Origin: the human T2T-CHM13v2.0 reference genome, Homo sapiens
Length of the DNA: 64,000 nucleotides
Strand: one strand, 5' to 3'
Assembly (NCBI RefSeq): GCF_009914755.1
Contig: NC_060928.1
Part shown: in pieces, positions 54,066 to 64,000 of the stretch
Layout of the letters: the number at the start of each line of letters is the position of its first letter
How positions within the stretch are numbered: the stretch's first letter is position 1
Notes under the pieces: model-generated
Told to the model about the DNA's origin: nothing
The model's database searches: none
What the model saw: only the letters and a program-made list of their open reading frames with translations
Program-made: the position numbers and the translations under genes

Positions 54066-54155
54066 ATTATGACTACACTAACAATATTCATAAAGGAGGT
54101 ATTTAAAGAGATTTTTAAATAATAACTTAAAAATAAGATAAACACACTAAAATAC

Positions 54156-54215
54156 CTCAAGGCATTTAAGAAACAGACTCTCCAAACATGCTCCTTTGTC
54201 ATCATATAAAATTGC
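54156..54215 (-). CDS. ZGRF1: ZGRF1 exon 4 (AILYDDKGACLESLFLKCLE)
   Basis: 60 nt, phase 0-0, ttttcatacag|GCA and GAG|gtattt. Confidence 0.95.
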
Positions 54216-54424
54216 CTGTATGAAAACAAAATAAATGTTAAAAAGGAACAACACAATTATGCTTTTCTTAAACTTCTTCAAGAGGAAATAAGTAATTGTT
54301 ATATAAGTAATCATATAATGAAAGGATTACATTTGTTGAACTTGGATTTGAAAATTCATCTATTTTGAATGTTTATTATGCATCAGTCTGTTTAAGAGAG
54401 TAAAGGCATACATAAAAGAAATTC

Positions 54425-54518
54425 GGGCAACCCGCTCGGGTCCCCTTCCACGCTGTGGAAGCTTTGTTCTTTCGCTCTTCGCAATAAATCTTGCTACTGC
54501 TCAAAAAAAAAAAAAAAA
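54425..54518 (+). mobile_element. Polyadenylated retrocopy of LTR12 (HERV9) R region
   Basis: ggcaacccgctcgggtccccttccacgctgtggaagctttgttctttcgctc..aataaatcttgctactgctc + A16; TSD aaaag(a/g)aattc. Confidence 0.88.
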
Positions 54519-54572
54519 GGAATTCAAGAACTTAATTCCTACCAGGAGGATATTAGAATGAAACTGGGAAGA

Positions 54573-54812
54573 GGCTGGGCATGGTGGTTCATGCCTGTAA
54601 TCCCAGCATTTTCGGAGGCCAAAGCAGGTGGATCACTTGAGGTCTAGACCAGCCTGGCCAACATGGCAAAACCCCATCTCTACTAAAAATACAGGCTGAG
54701 GCAGGAGAATTGCTTGAACCCAGGTGACAGGGTTGCAGTGAGCTGAGATCACGCCACTGCATTCCAGCCTAGGCAACAGAGTGAGACTCCATCTCAATTA
54801 AAAAAAAAAAAA
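54573..54812 (+). mobile_element. Alu with internal deletions
   Basis: Alu match lacking start of right arm; TSD aaa(c/t)tgggaaga. Confidence 0.9.
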
Positions 54813-55109
54813 TTGGGAAGAAATTATAATTGAAACACATTAAAGGGGACAAACAGGAGACAAGATCATTTTAAGAGATTATTGCAATGGGATGGTATAC
54901 AGGATGAAGGAGATGATTAGCACTTAAGATATTGACATTTGGGAGGATAAGATAATTATTTATGAGGTATAATGAATAAAACTTGTTAAATGTGAGGGGT
55001 AAGGGGGGAAAAAGGATGCTAAGGTGATTACCATTTTCTAGCTTTTCCCTTATGTCTGTAGCCCTTTTTCATAGCAATTTTTCCACTAGCCCTTTTAATA
55101 TTGGTGTTT

Positions 55110-56600
<1,491 letters not shown>

Positions 56601-56619
56601 TAAAGCTGTTAAAAAAATG

Positions 56620-58520
56620 GTATTCTTGTCCCTCTTTTAATTTGATACACCCTCCCTGAGCACTATCATCCATATAAATCAGATCATGTTATGCTCCTGC
56701 TCAAATCATTCCCATGTCTCTACAGCTCCTAAGAATAACAAAAGTTCTTTCCATAGCCAGTGAGGCTTATATAATCCCCTTTATCTCCATTCTCGCCCTT
56801 GCTCACTCTGTTCCAACCACACTAATGTCCTTGTTATTGCCTTTCACTAGACATACATATGCATTTAATTTAGTGGTCTGTCTCCTCCACGTTATTTCCA
56901 TGAAGTCAGGGATTTATTTGTTTTGTTCCCTGCTGTATTTCTTAGAACAGTGTGCAACTCACTCGGATGCCCAAAAAATATTTGTTGAACAAATGAATCC
57001 ACTCCAATAGTTTCAAATACCATCTAAAAGCCAAGGACTTCCAATCTATACTAGTAGTCAGGAACTCCTTCCAGAGATCTGGGTCTCTACAGCTAATTAC
57101 GTGAGTGCTTCTGTGATACTTCAAATTTATTTATTTATTTATTTATTTATTTTTCTTTTTTTGAGACTGAGTCTTGCTCTATTGCTCAAGCTACAGTGCA
57201 GTGGCATGATCTCAGATCACTGCAACCTCCACCTCCCAGATTCAAGCGATTCTTGGGCCTCAATCTCTTGAGTAGCTGGAATTACAAGCACCCGCCACCA
57301 TGCCTGGCTCATTTTTATATTTTTAGTAGAGACGGGGTTTCACCACGTTAACCAGGCTGGCCTGGTCTCAAACTCCTGACCTCAAGTGATCTGCCCATCT
57401 TGGCCTCCCAAAGTACTAGGATTACAGGCATGAGCCACCGCGCCCAGCCTCAAATTTATTATGTTCAAAATGGAACTAAAAATCTTGATTGTTCCCATTC
57501 ACTTATTTTTCTTTTTGAAATACTTCATTTTGGGAAATAAATACACAAACCTAAAAGTCATTCTGGATCCTCTTCTCACCTTCTATATCCAAGATCTAAG
57601 AGGCTATGCTTTCATAATTTCTCTATAATCATTCTTTTTCTCCATTGCCATTGCAAATGCCTGCTTGGTCAGACCTCCATTAATTTTTGTCTAGATTATT
57701 CTACAGCCTCTACTATAAGTCTCTGAAATCCAATCTGACTTTCATCCTACACAACTTTTACACTGCTGCCAAACCAATCTTTCTAAAATACAAATATAGC
57801 CGGGCACGGTGGCTCATGTCTGTAATCCCAGCACTTTAAGAGGCCGAGGCGGGTGGATCATCTGAGGTCGAGAGTTTGAGACCAACCTGGCCAACATGGT
57901 GAAACCCGTCTCTACCAAAAATACAAAAATTAGCCAAGTGTGGTGGCACATGCTTGTAATCCCAGCTACTCAGGAGGCTGAGGCCCAAGAATCACTTGTG
58001 CCCAGGAGGCAGAGGCTGTAGTGAGCCGAGATCGTGCCACTGCACTCCAGCCTGGGTGACAGTGGAAGACTTCTACTCAAAAAAATAGAATAAAATAAAA
58101 TACAAATATGATATGTCACTCTTCTTCTCATAATTCTTCATTAGCTCCTGGGGCTGAGCATACAAAATTCTTCATGATATTGTTCCTGTCTACCACTTTA
58201 GCTTTATACTGCATCATTTCCCAATATGGGGCCTTCATTTCAGCTATATTTAAATGCTTATAGTTCCCCACATTTCGTATCATTTCATACATTCATGTTG
58301 TTGGGACTAGGATACAATCTTCAGCTCCCTTCCCCCTAACTTAGCAATTTTGTTTACAAAACAGAACAAAAAATATATATATATGCTTCATCTGGAAAGA
58401 CTTCTCTGAACCAGAGACAGATCTAAATGTCTCTACCTTGTAATCTCATAGAATCCTAAACAAACATATTATGATCCTTATGCCCTTAGTCAAAAATTAG
58501 ATAAAAGTCCCTTGAAGACA
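56620..58520 (+). mobile_element. L2 remnants interrupted by Alus (~57126-57449 minus, ~57798-58095 plus)
   Basis: L2 3' terminus aaatatttgttgaacaaatgaa and pyrimidine-rich L2 similarity. Confidence 0.6.
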
Positions 58521-58529
58521 AGAATTCTA

Positions 58530-58770
58530 ATAACAAACTACCATTCATTGCGTGCTCAGGATGTGGCAGGTACTTCGTTAAGGTCTTTACGTGTTACTTA
58601 TTTTAATCCTTAAGACAACTTTATGAAGCATCATTTTCCCCATTTTACAAAGAAAGAACAGAGGCACTGAGATTACTCCCCCAAAATTATACATCTAATA
58701 AGAGAAGAGCCAGAATTGAAACTGAGGTCTACTTGACATTTGATGCTAACTGCTCTTCTACTCTGCATCC
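58530..58770 (-). mobile_element. MIR
   Basis: ccccattttacaaagaaagaacagaggcactgaga core. Confidence 0.65.
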
Positions 58771-59727
58771 ACCTATTTGACTTTTCCCACTGTCTACCAG
58801 TAATATGTTGGTTGGTTGATGACTTATTCAGTGGAAGATGAATAACTTTGACAGAATTTAGATAGAGAAAAGGCATAACTAGCAAGAGAAGAATATAAGC
58901 AATAGCCTGCATTTAAGATTGAGGGCGTTATTTAGGAAACAGTGAGATAATTAACTTGCCTGGAACATAGAAACTTTCAGGGACTAACTTGAATCTATCT
59001 TGTTTTCCTATAACCTACTTGTGTGAGATATATAATGGGCACTCAACAAATGTATGCTATAGTTGAAGATAAAGTTGGATAATAGCACTAGCATGACCAT
59101 AATAATTTGGAACCAGAAGACAACACAAAGGATATGCAGAATCCAATCAGATGGCTTTTAAATATCTACAAGATTTTAAAGACACTGGATCTAAAGAAAA
59201 AGGCAGAATATAAAAGAAAAAGTTATATAGAATAGCATCAGACACTGAATGAATTAGTTTATGTATTTAAAAAAAATATGGATATGCAAAGACCTGAATA
59301 TTCATCTATTTAAATTAGAAGAATTAATCACATGACTTGAACATAGCGATATTAACTATGAGACCACCACCTTTAAAGAGCATAGACTTGGAGATCCTGT
59401 TGTTACTACAATTAAACACAAGGCTCGACATGTCCCTTGGTGATGGTGTTCAAGTTATCCTGATTATCTATAGCCCTGGGTCTCAAATTTCAATCCAAAA
59501 TCTTATTAGCAGCCTCAGTTCATTGATATGATAACTCCAGTTTACTTGGGTAACAAGTTTTTTACTCAACGTGAAAGTACCCTGTAACTCCTGAAACATT
59601 TAGAACTGGATATAGAGATAATGAAGTAATTCGAAACAAAAATATCAATACTTTTGAATTATGATCATGAACAGATTTTAGTTATTGGCCAATCTGACAT
59701 TAGGTAATCCGATATTTAAAATATTTG

Positions 59728-60379
<652 letters not shown>

Positions 60380-60555
60380 TTAGTTTTTTCAACTTAAGTT
60401 GCTTGAACATTAAGCTAAAACCCTACTGAAAGTAACTGTTTAACTTAACTAGGTTTACAAATTTAATAGGATTACATAAATTGAACTTGAAGGCTTAAGG
60501 CAAAATTAGTTTTTTAATTTGCTGTTTTAACAAATTAAATATTAAGAAATAGTAG

Positions 60556-60866
60556 GGCCAGGCGCAGTGGCTCAGGCCAGGCGCAGTGGCTCACGCCTGT
60601 AATCCCAGCACTTTGGGAGGCCTAGGGAGGTGGATTACCTGAAGTCAGGAGTTCAAGACCAGCCTGACCAACATGGTGAAACTCCGTGTCTATTAAAAAT
60701 ACAAAAAGTAGCTGAGCATGGTTGCAAGTGCCTGTAATCTCAGCTACTCAGGAGGCTGAGGCAGGAGAATCACCTGAACCTGGGAGGCAGAGGCTTCAGG
60801 GAGCCGAGATTGTGCCACTGCACTCCAGCCTGGGCGACAAGAGCAAAAATCCATCTCAAAAAAAAA
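60556..60866 (+). mobile_element. Alu (S type) with duplicated 5' 19 nt
   Basis: Dimeric Alu. Confidence 0.94.
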
Positions 60867-61005
60867 GAACAGAATATGGTTATCTTTAATTGCTAGACTG
60901 AGGAGTAGGGACTTCATTCAGGAGGCCACAGACATTGTCAATGTGTCCTATATAAAATTAGTGACTCAACTGTAATAAAGTTCTTTTTTAAAATTAGTAA
61001 TATTT

Positions 61006-61264
<259 letters not shown>

Positions 61265-61494
61265 TTAGGACATGGGCCCTGGGGACAAAAAGCCTAGGTT
61301 CATATGTGGCTCCTCCACCTTCCAGCTTTGACCCTTGGGCAAGCTACTCCATCTCTCTGTACCCCAGTTTCATCTTCAGTAAAATAAAGATTAAAAGAAT
61401 ACCTAACTAGTAGGAGAGTTATGCAGACTAAGTAAGTTGATACTTTTAAAGCATTATGCCTAGCATATAATAAGCAGTTTATAACTTTTTAAAA

Positions 61495-61640
61495 ACTTTT
61501 TTATTTACTTTTAATTTTTTTGTAGAGACAGAGTCTTGCTTCGCTGCCCAGGCTGGTCTTGAACTCCAGGCTTCAAGCAATCTTCCTGCCTCAGCCTCCC
61601 AACGTGGTGGGATTACAGGTATGAGCCATGATGCCTGGCC
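61495..61640 (-). mobile_element. Alu monomer (FLAM-like)
   Basis: Antisense left-monomer match. Confidence 0.88.
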
Positions 61641-61713
61641 TTATCATTTATGTTAGGAGCATTCCAATTCCACTCCTGGAGTTATTTTAAAAATATACAA
61701 AAAATTATCATTA

Positions 61714-62111
<398 letters not shown>

Positions 62112-62268
62112 TTAACCACTGTGATATGGGGATCATTTGAAAATCTGTTTTCACATCATTTCAGTGTATGGATATATCTGACATTTTATCATGTACAGTT
62201 TTTTAAATATTCAATCAAAAATCGAGAACCTTGCTCTTGCACCCTATAGTCAACTGCTTTGTACTCAC

Positions 62269-62349
62269 TTTGTTTCCTAAGTGAGTGATCTTCAGAATTC
62301 CATCTTGCCACACTTTTGACTTCTTCATCTTTTGATGAGTATATAGAAC
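62269..62349 (-). CDS. ZGRF1: ZGRF1 exon 3 (VLYTHQKMKKSKVWQDGILKITHLGNK), DUF2439 core
   Basis: 81 nt, phase 0-0, aag|GTT acceptor, AAA|gtgagt donor; YT...K.K.W.DG motif. Confidence 0.95.
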
Positions 62350-62556
62350 CTTATTTCCAAAAATACAAAAGAAATGGTTTCCATTTATATATATTTAATG
62401 TTATGTATTTTATATATCCTTCCTACATACAAAATATATTTAAGGCACCTTTCATCAAAAAAAGGCACATACACCCATATCAATTTTTTAAATTTTAAAA
62501 ACAAAAGCACAGATAGCATGACAATAACATTAAATATTAATTAAATGAAATAAATA

Positions 62557-62660
62557 AGGGAAGGAAGGGAGAGAGAGAAGGAGAGGGAGGGAATAGGGGA
62601 GGAAATGGCAGGAGAAGGAAGAAAGGAGAGGAGAAATCCAAGGAAGAAACAAAAAAGATA
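62557..62660. repeat. GA-rich low-complexity tract
   Basis: ~100 nt nearly all purines on + strand. Confidence 0.85.
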
Positions 62661-62744
62661 AATGAGCATTGAAAGTAATTTGAGCTCCCTAGTCATCAAT
62701 TGGAAGGGAAAAAAATTACTGGATTACACAGTACTAATAATCTG

Positions 62745-63116
62745 TGCAGTTCTCAAAGTTTGGTCCAGAGACTCCTGGAGGTCTCCAAGACCTTTACAGG
62801 TATCTGTGAGGTCAAAACTATTTTCATGATGCTGTCTTTTCATCCTCACTCCTTCAGGGGTGCAGAATGAAGTTTCCCAGGATTATGTATATGCAATATT
62901 GTAAGATTCAATTGCAATCTGAATGTAGAAGAAACAAATATGAGAATCCAGTTGTCTTCCATTAAGCCAAATCATAAATACTTTTTACATTTCTGCTTTA
63001 ACTTCTAATATGAAAAACATCAATAGACGTAAGACCCTATATACACAAGTTATTTGGGGTCAATAATTTTCTAAGTGTTAAAGAGTCCCGAGACCAAATA
63101 GTGTGAGAACTGCTGA
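62745..63116. mobile_element. MER106/Charlie1-like hAT fossil
   Basis: gcagttctcaaagtttggtcc ... gaccaaatagtgtgagaactgctg inverted ends; tgagaatccagttgtcttccattaagcc internal. Confidence 0.7.
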
Positions 63117-63211
63117 TCTATACAGAAGACGGATGCCAGTTCTTCAAGAGAAAGAAATTGTTTCCCGGTCTCACACTTTCAAAGATTATGTTACAAAGGA
63201 CTTTGTCTAAT

Positions 63212-63243
63212 ACTTGATCTTAGCCAAAAGGCTGAAAAGTGAT
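63212..63243 (-). pseudogene. U2 snRNA 5' fragment retrocopy (32 nt)
   Basis: Minus strand ATCACTTTTCAGCCTTTTGGCTAAGATCAAGT; direct repeats gactttgtctaa/gattttgtgtaa. Confidence 0.85.
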
Positions 63244-63279
63244 GATTTTGTGTAACAAATATGAATAGTAGGTAACAGA

Positions 63280-63411
63280 TAGGGTTACCAGATAAAATAC
63301 TGTGCAATATTTGGGATCCTAATGCTAAAAAAGGTATGCATTGTTTATTTGAAATTCAAATTTAACTGAGTAGCCTGTTTTTTGTTTTGTTTTTGCTAAA
63401 TCTGGCAACAC
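63280..63411. mobile_element. MER53 (hAT MITE), internally deleted
   Basis: tagggttaccagataaaatac ... gaaattcaaatttaactg ... gctaaatctggcaac. Confidence 0.8.
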
Positions 63412-63494
63412 AGCAAGATGTTTGTGAAACGCCTTTAAAAGAAAGAGACAGAGGAAGGGAATTTCACCAAACTGTGAAAAATGGTAAAACTTAC

Positions 63495-63515
63495 AATAAA
63501 TTCTTGGCTTTCCAT
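63495..63515 (-). CDS. ZGRF1: ZGRF1 exon 2 coding part (MESQEFI); whole exon 63495-63581
   Basis: ATAATGG strong Kozak, in-frame TAA upstream in same exon, acceptor tttag, donor ATT|gtaagt. Confidence 0.95.
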
Positions 63516-64000
63516 TATTTCTTCTGAAGTTATAAACCAGCTGGGTCCAGAAAATAGGAAATATTCAACTATTTATACCACCTAAAATTAAAAATGACAT
63601 AAAATTTCAACCCTGATTTTTAAAAAATATCAAATATAATTTTTCTCAATAAACTCCCAACCACAGACATGAATCAAGGAGTTCCAAGATTACCTAACTA
63701 CCAAGGGAAACAGAGGTGTAATTATCTATCACTGAGGACACAGTAAAAGTGATACCATGCTGTGAAACAAGCATTTTTTCATAAGTAAAGAAAAAACTAA
63801 GTAAAATACATAAATTAACTTGTAGTCTGCATTTTTCCAGATGCATAATATGTATCAGAAAACACGAATTTGTCCTCCACATGTTTGGTTCCCTATAGCG
63901 CAAATTCAATTTTTAAAGTTTTCTGAATTGCTACGGTTACCACAAGATGGCCCCCTTGTGTTTTAAATTTTTCCTTTCACTTCTTAGCATCAATATACCA

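Noticed and set aside
59330-59600. Non-repeat-looking stretch with a 64-aa plus ORF and a possible minus-strand acceptor (tttcag at ~59591); considered a processed pseudogene or poison exon
   Set aside because: No recognisable protein in the frames I translated, no poly(A)/TSD and no convincing donor; would need BLAST and junction data
62350-62660. Distant branch point model for the weak AAG acceptor of exon 3 using the long pyrimidine tract at 62557-62660
   Set aside because: Intervening AG dinucleotides on the gene strand (e.g. ~62420, ~62424, ~62450) break the required AG-exclusion zone
63280-63411. MER53 as a miR-1302-like hairpin precursor
   Set aside because: Most of one palindrome arm is deleted, so the long hairpin cannot form

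Overview
Primate (very probably human) genomic DNA containing the 5' two-thirds of ZGRF1 (C4orf21) on the minus strand. I reconstructed 15 coding exons (63515 down to 12003) with GT-AG junctions and consistent phases, giving an uninterrupted 4438-nt CDS (~1479 codons): N-terminal DUF2439-type domain, a long low-complexity region including a 2251-nt exon, and the GRF zinc finger. The first (non-coding) exon lies beyond the right edge and the helicase-coding exons beyond the left edge. Introns are repeat-dense: a full-length but dead L1PA4/5-type element antisense to the gene, nested older L1s, ~60 Alus, an ERVK solo LTR inside an Alu, an MLT1 LTR, several DNA transposon fossils, two 3'-truncated U2 snRNA retrocopies and a polyadenylated LTR12 R-region retrocopy. 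I found no new gene or prokaryote-style system; the best leads are an intact-looking L1 'gene-breaking' architecture between the zinc-finger and helicase exons, a templated insertion copied from 2 kb away, an intron read-through short isoform, and small exons caged by inverted Alus. Exon coordinates were counted base by base; repeat boundaries are approximate and subfamily names are from memory of consensus sequences.
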